Shown here piece after piece: positions 1 to 8,596 of a DNA stretch of 64,000 nt (the first letter of the stretch is position 1; each line of letters starts with the position of its first letter). A program made the translations under genes and the position numbers. The DNA is from a virus: the IMG/VR virus record IMGVR_UViG_3300042397_001782, positions 55,981-119,980 of that record; one strand, given 5' to 3'. Below the pieces are notes generated by a model. That model saw nothing but the letters and a program-made list of their open reading frames with translations, had not been told where the DNA came from and searched no databases.

Positions 1-120
1 CTCCGATATACTACAGAATAGTTTTTTACTCGTATGAGTAGAAAATTTACAATACTCCTTTATAATAGCTTTTTTTTCTGCCTCTGTATAGGCAAATGGT
101 TTGATTTTTCCTACTTTCAT
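1..120 (-). CDS. Hypothetical protein, partial (runs off window start)
   Basis: ATG at 120 with A-rich leader; MKVGKIKPFAYTEAEKK... is open to position 1; not in the ORF track. Confidence 0.6.
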   Translation of the reverse strand, partial: MKVGKIKPFAYTEAEKKAIIKEYCKFSTHTSKKLFCSISE

Positions 121-128
121 TTAATTAT

Positions 129-383
129 TTATTTAGTGGCGTTATTAATTACTTTCTCAATTCTGACTAATAGCCACAACGGCATATCATTCCAGTTATC
201 TTTTCTTTGATAATACTCCTGTATTTCCTTTAGTAGTTCTAATTTTTCATCTTCGGGATTATGTTTATCTAAATAGTCTCTTAAATCTGATTTTAAATTA
301 TACAATAATTCATCTTCATCTTTATCATTATAGGTGGATGATTGGTATATATTAAATAGTTCGCTATATTGTGTCTCTGTCAT
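129..383 (-). CDS. Hypothetical early-region protein (84 aa)
   Basis: ORF track; repeated leader motif upstream. Confidence 0.75.
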   Translation of the reverse strand: MTETQYSELFNIYQSSTYNDKDEDELLYNLKSDLRDYLDKHNPEDEKLELLKEIQEYYQRKDNWNDMPLWLLVRIEKVINNATK

Positions 384-409
384 TTTTTATGATTTTAAAT
401 TGTTATAAA

Positions 410-565
410 TTAGTTTAATTTGCCAAATATTTTCTTATAGATAGCATTCAAACTTGTTGCACTATATTGTCTTTGATCCTTTTTGGCTATATAAGTTCCA
501 TTCATTCCTAGAGTAATTGAATATCCGTTTTTTGATAGTTTTTTTCTTATTGATTCAGTTGTCAT
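410..565 (-). CDS. Small basic hypothetical protein (51 aa, MTTESIRKKLSKNGYSITLG...)
   Basis: Translated by hand; fills the gap between neighbours; same leader motif as 129..383. Confidence 0.7.
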   Translation of the reverse strand: MTTESIRKKLSKNGYSITLGMNGTYIAKKDQRQYSATSLNAIYKKIFGKLN

Positions 566-596
566 TTTTTATGATTTTTAAAGTGTTATAAATTTT

Positions 597-962
597 TTAT
601 ATAGTAGCCTCAGTCAGTTCGTGAATAGTCAAAAAGATATTATTCGCATATAATTCTAATTTGTCTTTTTTCCATAGTTCTATATCTTCTTCACTTGCTT
701 CACTATTTTCATTGTCCACTAGTACGCTATAGTGTAAGGTATTTTTTGAAGTGTTTATTCCTTCTTCGTGGTCTATATGTGCATAATCAAAATTAAATTT
801 GTAATATAGTTCGTATTCAAAATATTTTTGAATAGCTTCTTTTGTAGTTTCTGAATTGATTATTTTACTTTTTAAGGAATAGCCGTTTACATAGTCGGTT
901 TCGCCCTCGTTATAGCTATCTTTGAAAATTTCGTGGGTACTTGAAATGATAAATTTTTTCAT
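597..962 (-). CDS. Hypothetical acidic protein (121 aa)
   Basis: ORF track; co-oriented gene run. Confidence 0.8.
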   Translation of the reverse strand: MKKFIISSTHEIFKDSYNEGETDYVNGYSLKSKIINSETTKEAIQKYFEYELYYKFNFDYAHIDHEEGINTSKNTLHYSVLVDNENSEASEEDIELWKKDKLELYANNIFLTIHELTEATI

Positions 963-987
963 TGGTTTACTTTTTTAAGATATTAAT

Positions 988-1012
988 AAAACGGGCGTTT
1001 TTAGGCACGCCC
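988..1012 (-). terminator. Probable intrinsic terminator
   Basis: cgggcgt/acgcccg stem followed by a T-run on the minus strand, just downstream of 1030..1875. Confidence 0.6.
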
Positions 1013-1029
1013 GAAGCCTCTGTAATTAA

Positions 1030-1875
1030 TTAAAAATGTTTTTTTGCTAATTGGTTAAGGTATGCAATTTCAAACGTATGGCACCCGATTTTAATTATTT
1101 TTTTGTCTATATAGTTTATGGAGTAGTCTAGGACACTATCGCCCACCTTTAATATATTTTTTTCTAAACATTCATAAAACTTTTTAGCAATTACGAAAGG
1201 AATTTCAACTCTCTGCGTAGTTTCAAAACGATTTTTTTCTGTGTTATACCTCAAAAAGTCTCTATCCAGTCTTTTATATAGATAGTTAGTTTCGAAATTA
1301 TACCACTTTGTCAACTCTTTTTTAAGTAATTTTTTGGCTTCTGCTAGTTTCTTTTTTGCTTCTGTTTTTTGTAGTTCGGATATTTTACTACTAAACTCTA
1401 AAAACTCGTTTTTATTTTGTACGTTTAGGGCTTCTGCAAGAGTTAAAGGCGTTTCAATCTCAAAAAATTGTACATACTTATCAACTTGACTTTTGATATT
1501 ATTTAATTGGTTTATATAAATTTCGGGTTTTTTTGCCTTTAATAGGCTACGCCCTATATTTTTAGCCTCATTTAGCCACGTTTTAAAGTTTTCCTCGTGG
1601 TCTGTTAAATGATAACAATAAATTTTGTCTATATGACTACTTGCACCCCTTACAATACTAATCTGCTTAGAGGTGGTGTTGCTATAAGATCTTAAAGTGA
1701 AAAGTATTTTATTTTCCCCTCCCCGCTCTATATGTTTAGCAATTGGAAAATGACTCCCGTACGAGTATATCGTATCATTGTGGAAATAAAAATTATTTGT
1801 TGGTGTACGGGCTTCGTTTTGTAATTTATTTGCCCATAGGTGTGCTACTTGTTGTTTATTTACTACTTTTTTCAT
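1030..1875 (-). CDS. Phage hypothetical protein (281 aa)
   Basis: Long ORF; N-terminal VAHLWAN...TIYSYGSHFPIA motif recalled from phage early-region proteins. Confidence 0.85.
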   Translation of the reverse strand: MKKVVNKQQVAHLWANKLQNEARTPTNNFYFHNDTIYSYGSHFPIAKHIERGGENKILFTLRSYSNTTSKQISIVRGASSHIDKIYCYHLTDHEENFKTWLNEAKNIGRSLLKAKKPEIYINQLNNIKSQVDKYVQFFEIETPLTLAEALNVQNKNEFLEFSSKISELQKTEAKKKLAEAKKLLKKELTKWYNFETNYLYKRLDRDFLRYNTEKNRFETTQRVEIPFVIAKKFYECLEKNILKVGDSVLDYSINYIDKKIIKIGCHTFEIAYLNQLAKKHF

Positions 1876-1907
1876 ATTGTTACTTTTTTAAAGATTTTAA
1901 AATAATA

Positions 1908-1938
1908 GGGCAAAGATATAGTTTTTTAATCTTTGCCC
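1908..1938. promoter_or_regulatory. 10-bp inverted repeat overlapping a minus-strand TATCTTTG promoter element
   Basis: gggcaaagat (1908-1917) / atctttgccc (1929-1938); caaagata is the reverse complement of tatctttg. Confidence 0.5.
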
Positions 1939-1956
1939 CTGTTAATAGTTGTTAAT

Positions 1957-2628
1957 TTAAGACTTTTTAGCTATGGTATAAACATCAAAAGTTTTTCCCG
2001 ATGCTATTGTTTTGAACTCATAGCCTAATTTTTCAAATATTCTAGGATAGCACGAAACGCCAACGCCTCCCTCAATACTCGGAGTTATTCCGTAGCCACT
2101 ACCATAGCCGAAAATATCCCTATTTTCTTTGTCTAAATTATCATTCTTTATTGAATATAGGGGCTTTAATACCTCATTAATTTGATTCAGACAATTAGCC
2201 ACAGACGTACTTTGTTTATCGTACCCGCACCCGCTTACACTACCCGAAAATACTTTGTTTGTTCTCGTATTGCCTTCTATATCTTTGTAGCTATAAACAC
2301 ACTCAGCCGATGGGTTCATTCCCCACGTTTTAGATTTTTTCCACTCTATCAATATTTGAGCCTCGATAAATTCCCCCGCCTTGCCAATGGTTAAGACTTG
2401 ATTAACTTGTCTCTCTATGCTCTTAAATACTTGCTTTTCTTTACGCTTGATTAAATAGGCTTTAGCCTCCTCTAGCGTTGATTCTTTTAGGCTTTTTCCC
2501 TTTGGGAGTAGATTATTATAGTACCAAATGTCAAGGTCTTGCACCTCGTTAATTTTTTCTAGGTCTGTGATAAAATCGGTTAACCTTGTTTTTTCTTTTG
2601 CCTCTATGGCTTTTATTATATTTCTCAT
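1957..2628 (-). CDS. Phage hypothetical protein (223 aa, SGCGYDK motif)
   Basis: Long ORF with Gly-rich motifs SGCGYDKQS and GGVGVSC. Confidence 0.85.
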   Translation of the reverse strand: MRNIIKAIEAKEKTRLTDFITDLEKINEVQDLDIWYYNNLLPKGKSLKESTLEEAKAYLIKRKEKQVFKSIERQVNQVLTIGKAGEFIEAQILIEWKKSKTWGMNPSAECVYSYKDIEGNTRTNKVFSGSVSGCGYDKQSTSVANCLNQINEVLKPLYSIKNDNLDKENRDIFGYGSGYGITPSIEGGVGVSCYPRIFEKLGYEFKTIASGKTFDVYTIAKKS

Positions 2629-2689
2629 TCTATCCCGTTTATTTATTCAGTTTTGACGGGTTACTGGGTTTTTAATTTAAAGATATTAA

Positions 2690-2854
2690 TTATTTATTAT
2701 TTTGTTTTATTCCTGTTATACACTCTATATAGTTTTTTGTTGGCTTACCCTTACAAGCCTCCATAGCGTTTCTATATTCTATTTGTTTAAATAGATACAT
2801 CATCGAACATAACGCTAAAAAGAATAGTATTGTTTTTATTATGTCTTTTTTCAT
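2690..2854 (-). CDS. Small membrane protein (probable start MKKDIIK)
   Basis: ORF track 2690..2902; the promoter overlaps the longer start, so the downstream ATG is preferred; one hydrophobic segment. Confidence 0.6.
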   Translation of the reverse strand: MKKDIIKTILFFLALCSMMYLFKQIEYRNAMEACKGKPTKNYIECITGIKQNNK

Positions 2855-2888
2855 ATTGATTATATTTATTTGGTTATGAATTATAGTG

Positions 2889-2918
2889 CAAAGATAGTAC
2901 ATATACAGAACTTGTCAA
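2889..2918 (-). promoter_or_regulatory. Bacteroidota sigma70-type promoter driving the leftward genes
   Basis: Minus strand reads TTGACA-N16-TATCTTTG (TAnnTTTG -7 element). Confidence 0.75.
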
Positions 2919-2929
2919 GCCCCCTAGAC

Positions 2930-3059
2930 GTTAAAGATTGTAAAAAGATATTAATAAATGTAAACTAAAAGATCGCCCCTTTCTTAACACAATTTAACGA
3001 AACCACGCATATAACATTCTAAACTAAATACCCCCAATTATCTTGTTAAACTTTGTTAA
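2930..3059. repeat. Phased GTTAA/TTAAC pentamer array with 10-bp period
   Basis: GTTAA-like words at 2930, 2940, 2950, 2960, 3045, 3055; TTAAC at 2984, 2994. Confidence 0.5.
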
Positions 3060-3269
3060 TGTTTCAGAGATCTATAATAGTATTTTGCTATATCTAAGCT
3101 ACTAGGATATTGATATGTAAATAGGCTTTAATGGGTGGATAGGGGCGAGAGTGGGTATAATAGGTCACTTACCCTTACCCACCAGAAAATAATCGCTTAG
3201 AACGCCTCTAATGAGATAATGTATAAATATATTCGGACAAATTTGTCTTTTTTTCCTACTGCTAGTTGC

Positions 3270-3860
3270 ACTCCTCCCGTTTTCCCGCCCCTACTTTGCC
3301 CCTCCTCTGTACTTTGCACCCTGTCCGCCCTACTTTGTCCCGCCCTCAATATCCCGCCCCTGTATTGTGCGGGGATATGTAGCCACCCCACCCTATATAT
3401 ATTATTCTATTAGAACTCCCCTCCCCCCTCCGCCCTATGTATATACCCCGCCCTATATATACCCGCCTATGGATATTCTGTATACTAGTAGATAGACAGA
3501 CAGACAGACTAGACAGACAGAGAAACCCTAGAGACTATAGACTAGAGACTAGTCCACCACCACCCGCCCCCAGTCCACAGACTAGGCACAACGCCCACGC
3601 CCTAGAGATATTCCCCAAAACTATTTCTCGCTAATGGAAAACCGAGTTTTTGGAATTTATGGGAGGGTATTTGAAAATTGGGTCATGCATACGGGCTATG
3701 TTATTGATACACCCCACTTTTCATTCTCACATAACATACGGGGGGATAGTTTTTTTGTTCTACTGGGGGGGATATGATTTTGGGTAGGGCTAAAAAAATT
3801 TTAGGGGGGTGGGGGGTGTATAAAAAATAAAAAATTAGGGGGAGATTTTCGGGGGTTTGG
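3270..3860. repeat. Low-complexity non-coding region: CCGCCC repeats, AGAC/AGACT microrepeats, then G-tracts
   Basis: About 8 CCGCC(C) copies in 3280-3570; agac repeats 3484-3552; G-runs 3660-3860; lies at the strand switch. Confidence 0.7.
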
Positions 3861-3940
3861 TTATAGGTAAAACTTGCATATAAATAATTAAAGAAGCGTT
3901 AAAAAAAGTACCTAGGAAAATCAAGGGTTCCGAGAGGGTG

Positions 3941-3982
3941 AAAGTACATTTTTGTACTTTTCGTGTACATTTTTGTACTTTT
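3941..3982. repeat. Iteron-like 18-bp direct repeat x2 with 21-bp period, each copy containing an internal inverted repeat
   Basis: gtacatttttgtactttt at 3944-3961 and 3965-3982. Confidence 0.75.
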
Positions 3983-4076
3983 GACCCGCTGAAACCCGCA
4001 TTTCTTCGTTGAGGGGTTTTTGGAAAAGGGTGTGATAAATGTGTAAAATAAATTCTTTCTAATAGAAAAATAATTC

Positions 4077-4106
4077 TTGCTATTTGTATAAAAGTTTGTA
4101 TCTTTG
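4077..4106 (+). promoter_or_regulatory. Bacteroidota-type promoter for the rightward genes
   Basis: TTGCTA-N16-TATCTTTG, same spacing as the promoters at 2889 and 40164. Confidence 0.7.
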
Positions 4107-4122
4107 CAGAAATATTAAAAAT

Positions 4123-4551
4123 ATGAAAAAATTAGAAATAGGAACTAGAGTATTTGATATTAGATGGGGGTGGGGAGAAGTTGTAGAATATAGGGAAGAT
4201 TTTAATGAAATTTCCTATCCTATTATTGTTAGGTTTGATGGAAAGGGAATAAGTACATACACTCTAAGTGGGGTACATAGTATGGGGGATTCATCTCCTC
4301 TATTATCTCTTACAGAATATTCTTTAGAGAACGGGGGCTTCACTGATATAAGTGAGTGGGGTAAGCCTAAGGTGGGGGATTTGGGGTATTTCTGGAATTA
4401 TGAGACTAAATCTTTTGTATTCTATTCTAAGCTAATAGGTATTGATAGTTCTTCCACATACAAATATACTATGGCAGATAGTACTGATTGGACATATTTT
4501 AGCAAAGAAGTTCCAGAATGGTTTTTAGATAAAATAAATAAACAAATATAA
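4123..4551 (+). CDS. Hypothetical protein (start MKKLEIG)
   Basis: ORF track; ATG at 4123 lies downstream of the promoter. Confidence 0.8.
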   Translation: MKKLEIGTRVFDIRWGWGEVVEYREDFNEISYPIIVRFDGKGISTYTLSGVHSMGDSSPLLSLTEYSLENGGFTDISEWGKPKVGDLGYFWNYETKSFVFYSKLIGIDSSSTYKYTMADSTDWTYFSKEVPEWFLDKINKQI

Positions 4552-4620
4552 AACAATTAGTTATGACGGTTGATATAGTGGAAATAGATGTATTAGGAGG
4601 ATAGAAAATAAATATATTGT

Positions 4621-5142
4621 ATGTACGAGAAGGTAATTAAATTAAAACATAACGAAAGGGCTGCTAAGATAGACTTAGACACTGGAGAAGTGGCAGAAGT
4701 GGCAGTGCATAATAGGGAAAAAAAGCAGCCAAAGGACCCTTCTATGAATTTCTTTATCAGTACTGAGAGTTATTCTAGATTTTTTACAAAGGCTTGGCAA
4801 TTATTAGAGACTCAAACCACTGATACAGAGTTTAAAGTGGCTTATAAGATGTCTATGATGGCTCATGCCTATACAAATAGTTTAGAACCATTAAGACCAG
4901 AGAGTACAATGAAGGAATTATCGGAGTTTTTCAATGTTGATAGGAGAAAAATACAGAATATAATTGAAAAATTATTTAAATTAGGGGTGATAGGAAAGTT
5001 TCAGGTGTATGATAGGTTTGAAAATCATCATAACTACTGGGTATTCAACCCTTATTTGTCTTTTAATGGAAAAATAATTAAAAAAGACGTACAAAGTTTA
5101 TTTAATAACACGCACTATGCGGCACTATCCCCTATTTTATAA
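4621..5142 (+). CDS. RepL-like winged-helix replication/DNA-binding protein
   Basis: N-terminal IDLDTGEV; HTH TMKELSEFFNVDRRKIQNIIEKLFKLGVI; wing YWVFNPYLSFNG; RepL-like genes are reported in crAss-like phages. Confidence 0.65.
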   Translation: MYEKVIKLKHNERAAKIDLDTGEVAEVAVHNREKKQPKDPSMNFFISTESYSRFFTKAWQLLETQTTDTEFKVAYKMSMMAHAYTNSLEPLRPESTMKELSEFFNVDRRKIQNIIEKLFKLGVIGKFQVYDRFENHHNYWVFNPYLSFNGKIIKKDVQSLFNNTHYAALSPIL

Positions 5143-5158
5143 ATAAATTAACATAACA

Positions 5159-5482
5159 ATGAGTGTAAGAGTTATCTGTATTGACGAAAAGAATAAGCCA
5201 AAGGAAATCCCAGCAAGTAAATGGGTGAAAGAACAAGAACTCTATCATATTCTAATGATATTCTATTCCATTCCCTCTAAAACAATGGCATACACTTTGG
5301 AAGAAATAGATCTTGACGAATCCTGTGCTCCTTATGGAGTATTTGATGCTAAAAGATTTGCCATACATCAGGATGATTTAGAGGAATTTATAGAACTTGC
5401 TAAAAATTGCACAGAGTTAAATGATATTGAGATAAAGGAATTAATTGAACAAGAAGAATTTGAAATAATAGAAAATGAATAA
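5159..5482 (+). CDS. Phage hypothetical protein (107 aa)
   Basis: ORF track; tight gene packing. Confidence 0.8.
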   Translation: MSVRVICIDEKNKPKEIPASKWVKEQELYHILMIFYSIPSKTMAYTLEEIDLDESCAPYGVFDAKRFAIHQDDLEEFIELAKNCTELNDIEIKELIEQEEFEIIENE

Positions 5483-5654
5483 CATAGCATATTGTATAGG
5501 GGGTATTCTCATTATATTGAAGGCATTAGGATATATACAAGATTTGTCTTGGTGGTGGTGTACGTTTCCTTTTTGGATAGAAATAGTTTCTATAATTGTT
5601 GTTGTGGGAGTTATTAATGTAATGGGAATATTAAAAGAATTTTTTAATTCATAA
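5475..5654 (+). CDS. Small two-TM membrane protein (59 aa, LKALG..LSWWWC..PFW)
   Basis: Translated by hand; overlaps the upstream stop; hydrophobic, with a WWW..P.W motif recalled from small phage membrane proteins. Confidence 0.7.
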   Translation: MNNIAYCIGGILIILKALGYIQDLSWWWCTFPFWIEIVSIIVVVGVINVMGILKEFFNS

Positions 5655-5658
5655 GGAC

Positions 5659-5886
5659 ATGGAGTTTGAGATAGATTTCAATAGACACAATAATGATAGA
5701 TTTCTAATTGATAGATTAGGTGCTTGGGTGGATAGATATGATGATTTTGACGCTATTAAGATAGAAATAAAAGACTTAGAGGAATTAGAAATGCTTTTAG
5801 CAAAAGTAAATCACTGTTTAGGAGGGGAGTATTCTGCAATAGTTTCTTTCGATCCTCCCGCTATATTCTTAGATGACAAAGTTTAA
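5659..5886 (+). CDS. Hypothetical protein (75 aa)
   Basis: ORF track. Confidence 0.7.
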   Translation: MEFEIDFNRHNNDRFLIDRLGAWVDRYDDFDAIKIEIKDLEELEMLLAKVNHCLGGEYSAIVSFDPPAIFLDDKV

Positions 5887-5910
5887 TCATTAAAATTAAA
5901 ATATAAAAAA

Positions 5911-6099
5911 ATGGCAGAAATAATTATTACAGACTTACAAGGAAATAAACAAACTATATCTTTTCCTGAAAAATTTAATATAGAGGTGGGGGAGTATAAA
6001 ACCACAGATGTCATCTCTAGGGAAACTTTTATTAGGAAGATTCAAGATTTAGTGTCTTTTTCTAACTTTTTAAATGAAAAAACTGTTTTTAAGGAGTGA
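5911..6099 (+). CDS. Hypothetical protein (62 aa)
   Basis: ORF track; A-rich leader. Confidence 0.7.
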   Translation: MAEIIITDLQGNKQTISFPEKFNIEVGEYKTTDVISRETFIRKIQDLVSFSNFLNEKTVFKE

Positions 6100-6146
6100 T
6101 GGAACTTTTTTAAAATAATAATTGTTAAATAAAAAACACATACAAA

Positions 6147-6563
6147 ATGGGAGTATATAAACAAAGTATAAAAAAAGGCAAGAAAGAGTGCTTTATAGAA
6201 AGGGCTAGAGTATTACTAGCCACTAGAGGGCTATTACTTTCTGACAAGACCCTAGAGGTTTTATATTGGGTATTGTATTATAAAATAGACTACCCTGCAT
6301 TAGATGCTAATAATGTGGGAAAATTTAAGAATATGAATCAAATGCATGTAGTGATTGCAAAGCACATGCAAGTATTTTCTTCTTATATTGGGGCTTATAT
6401 AAATGATAGAATCATTCCTTTTAAGATTTTAAAGAAGACAGTTTCAATACCAGCAGATAGATTCTCTAAACCTAGGGTATTGGATTATGAAATACCTCAA
6501 TGGCTAGAAAAAATGTACAAAGATAAAGAATTTAAATTAGATATAAATTTTATATATGAATAA
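6147..6563 (+). CDS. Hypothetical protein, possibly winged-helix (138 aa)
   Basis: ORF track; LSDKTLEVL helix pattern. Confidence 0.7.
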   Translation: MGVYKQSIKKGKKECFIERARVLLATRGLLLSDKTLEVLYWVLYYKIDYPALDANNVGKFKNMNQMHVVIAKHMQVFSSYIGAYINDRIIPFKILKKTVSIPADRFSKPRVLDYEIPQWLEKMYKDKEFKLDINFIYE

Positions 6564-6747
6564 GAGCATTGTACAGATAATAAAAGAAATGAACTCTCCA
6601 TATAGAAAGCTTATGATAATGGATAATGCCACCTATGACATGCTTAAAAGAGAGCTAGGTATGGAATACTATGAGGAGCTAGTAAAATATAAAAACCTCA
6701 CAATAGCTATAAGCTTAGACGATAACTTAAAATTAATGTTAGTATGA
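6556..6747 (+). CDS. Hypothetical protein (63 aa)
   Basis: ORF track; overlapping start/stop coupling. Confidence 0.65.
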   Translation: MNKSIVQIIKEMNSPYRKLMIMDNATYDMLKRELGMEYYEELVKYKNLTIAISLDDNLKLMLV

Positions 6748-6938
6748 TGGTGATATTGGCTGTAAAATTACTTTTAATCTTAACTTTTCTGCTCACCATG
6801 GCAGCTTTAAATATATTTTTTAAGGTAGAAGAAGACTGTGATTTTAATATAATGATTAAAAGAATAGCCAGAGACTTTTTAATTATATTGGTGCTATTTT
6901 GTTTCATATCCACCTTAGTGATTGCAAATGTCCAATAG
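6744..6938 (+). CDS. Small two-TM membrane protein
   Basis: Two hydrophobic segments; ATGA overlap with the upstream gene. Confidence 0.65.
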   Translation: MMVILAVKLLLILTFLLTMAALNIFFKVEEDCDFNIMIKRIARDFLIILVLFCFISTLVIANVQ

Positions 6939-7209
6939 TATATTTGAGGAAGTTTCTAGTAATCTTGGGGATGTTTCCCCCGAAATGGTGGAAATCATTT
7001 ATAAGGATTATGTAAAAACGCTTTCAAAGGAAATGTCAAAGTCTCCAGATAGGGAGATGTATTTGCCTAAGTTTGGTAAAATAGCTCCAAGCATTATAAA
7101 GATAAAGAAAAGGCTTAGGATGTTCTTTAAGTTGAGGCATGTAGAAAAAACACAAAAAATGATAAATACAATTAGATCATTAAGAAATAATAAAAATAAA
7201 AGAAAATAA
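6928..7209 (+). CDS. HU/IHF-like DNA-binding protein
   Basis: Helix-helix then MYLPKFGKI (compare HU V.L.GFGTF), basic C-terminus. Confidence 0.55.
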   Translation: MSNSIFEEVSSNLGDVSPEMVEIIYKDYVKTLSKEMSKSPDREMYLPKFGKIAPSIIKIKKRLRMFFKLRHVEKTQKMINTIRSLRNNKNKRK

Positions 7210-7221
7210 AAATTATTTTCG

Positions 7222-7229
7222 TATATTTG
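7222..7229 (+). promoter_or_regulatory. TAnnTTTG promoter element
   Basis: tatatttg in intergenic DNA, ending 35 bp before ATG 7264. Confidence 0.55.
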
Positions 7230-7263
7230 TAAAAATTTTAAAACACACAAAACAATCAAAATT

Positions 7264-7692
7264 ATGACAATTAAAGAATTCAAAGAACAACCAATTCCAG
7301 ATTTTGGATTTGAAATCAAAAGAGAAAATCACATTTTAGTACAATGTTACGCTAAAAAAAGTGCATTGGCTTCTCAGCTAGTGGGTATGGACAACCGTAA
7401 AACCACTGAAATTAAAAATGCTTTTAAAGTATTGATGGCTAATGGTTCTAAAACCTTTAAAGAAGGAGATATTATTTCTCTTGGAGATAATATGGTGGAT
7501 AAACCAATTGTAAGCTATAAGCCACCTGTAGGAGGAGATCCTGAGGGAGAAGCTAGACCAGTATTCGGCTCCTATCTACAAGGACTAATGCCATTTGCAT
7601 TCTTCTGTAATAAGTTAGAAGACGCAGACGATGCTTTAGAGCTTACATTTTTAATACCAGAGGATCTTGTCACCGTAAAACATAATATATAA
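7264..7692 (+). CDS. Hypothetical protein, possible GroES-like fold
   Basis: NHILVQ...KVLMANG..FKEGDII pattern resembles the GroES beta-barrel. Confidence 0.5.
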   Translation: MTIKEFKEQPIPDFGFEIKRENHILVQCYAKKSALASQLVGMDNRKTTEIKNAFKVLMANGSKTFKEGDIISLGDNMVDKPIVSYKPPVGGDPEGEARPVFGSYLQGLMPFAFFCNKLEDADDALELTFLIPEDLVTVKHNI

Positions 7693-7693
7693 A

Positions 7694-7948
7694 ATGGAAA
7701 AAAATATCAATAAGAAAAAAACACCCGCTTCTCCTAAGAAGAAATCGTCTAGAGTGACTAAAAAAGAAGAGACCTCTTTGTTAGAGAGCAATAAGATAGA
7801 GGATAGTATTATAAATGAAACTCCAATTGTTTATAATACCCCAAAATGCACTGTTCCTTCTTCAGATATTCTTGGAATAAAGTCATTTACGGAGTCTTTA
7901 CGATACAAAATTGTAAATTTTATAAAACTATTACTAACCTATAAATAA
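7694..7948 (+). CDS. Hypothetical basic protein (84 aa)
   Basis: ORF track. Confidence 0.65.
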   Translation: MEKNINKKKTPASPKKKSSRVTKKEETSLLESNKIEDSIINETPIVYNTPKCTVPSSDILGIKSFTESLRYKIVNFIKLLLTYK

Positions 7949-7953
7949 AAAAA

Positions 7954-8274
7954 ATGAAACCAATGATGATGATGAACAACAAAAAGAAAATTCTTTCATT
8001 AACAAAAGAGACTAATTCAGAGAAAGAAACTTATGCCCTTAAAAAAAGAACTGAGAAAGAAGAAGTTACAAAAACTTTAGAAAAAATCAGCAACGGATGG
8101 CTTTTAACAGTGGATAAATATTCTTTAGATGGAGGAGATGAGTATTCTTGCATTAAAAAGTATTTTGAAAAAAACCCTTTAGAAATGGAAGAAGAAGAGG
8201 ATAAAGAAGAGGAAGAAGTTGGAAAAATGGCAGGAGAAGGGTTTATGGAAAATTGGGATGTTTTAAGCCTATAA
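7954..8274 (+). CDS. Hypothetical protein (106 aa)
   Basis: ORF track; EKISNGWLL motif; acidic tail. Confidence 0.75.
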   Translation: MKPMMMMNNKKKILSLTKETNSEKETYALKKRTEKEEVTKTLEKISNGWLLTVDKYSLDGGDEYSCIKKYFEKNPLEMEEEEDKEEEEVGKMAGEGFMENWDVLSL

Positions 8275-8286
8275 ATAATTTTCAAT

Positions 8287-8592
8287 ATGTTTGCCAATCC
8301 AAATGCAGCTAATCCTGCAAAGATTAATTTTAAGAATGTAAAAAACTTCCTCTCTGCACAAGTCAGGGAGGCAGGTTTTTTGCCTGAATGTGAAAAAGAA
8401 CAAGTGCTCTGGAGAGCAGAAGTGGCTAAAGAATGCACTGTAAATGGTAGCTGCTTAGAATGTGGGTGTGAAACCCCCGACCTATATTACGGTACAGATG
8501 GGTGTAAGAGAAAGGAAAATCCTTGCTTCCCTGATATGATGGGAGAAGAGGAGTGGGAGAAGTTTAAATTAGAAAACAATATAAATTTTTAA
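8287..8592 (+). CDS. Cys-rich putative Zn-binding protein
   Basis: C-x5-CLECGC...C...CFPDMM...W pattern. Confidence 0.75.
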   Translation: MFANPNAANPAKINFKNVKNFLSAQVREAGFLPECEKEQVLWRAEVAKECTVNGSCLECGCETPDLYYGTDGCKRKENPCFPDMMGEEEWEKFKLENNINF

Positions 8593-8596
8593 TAAA

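Noticed and set aside
3484-3552. CRISPR array in the repeat region
   Set aside because: 4-5-bp microrepeats with no repeat-spacer periodicity
3197-3634. Short ORFs 3197..3391, 3219..3413 and 3437..3634
   Set aside because: They translate low-complexity repeats, have atypical composition and lack A-rich leaders
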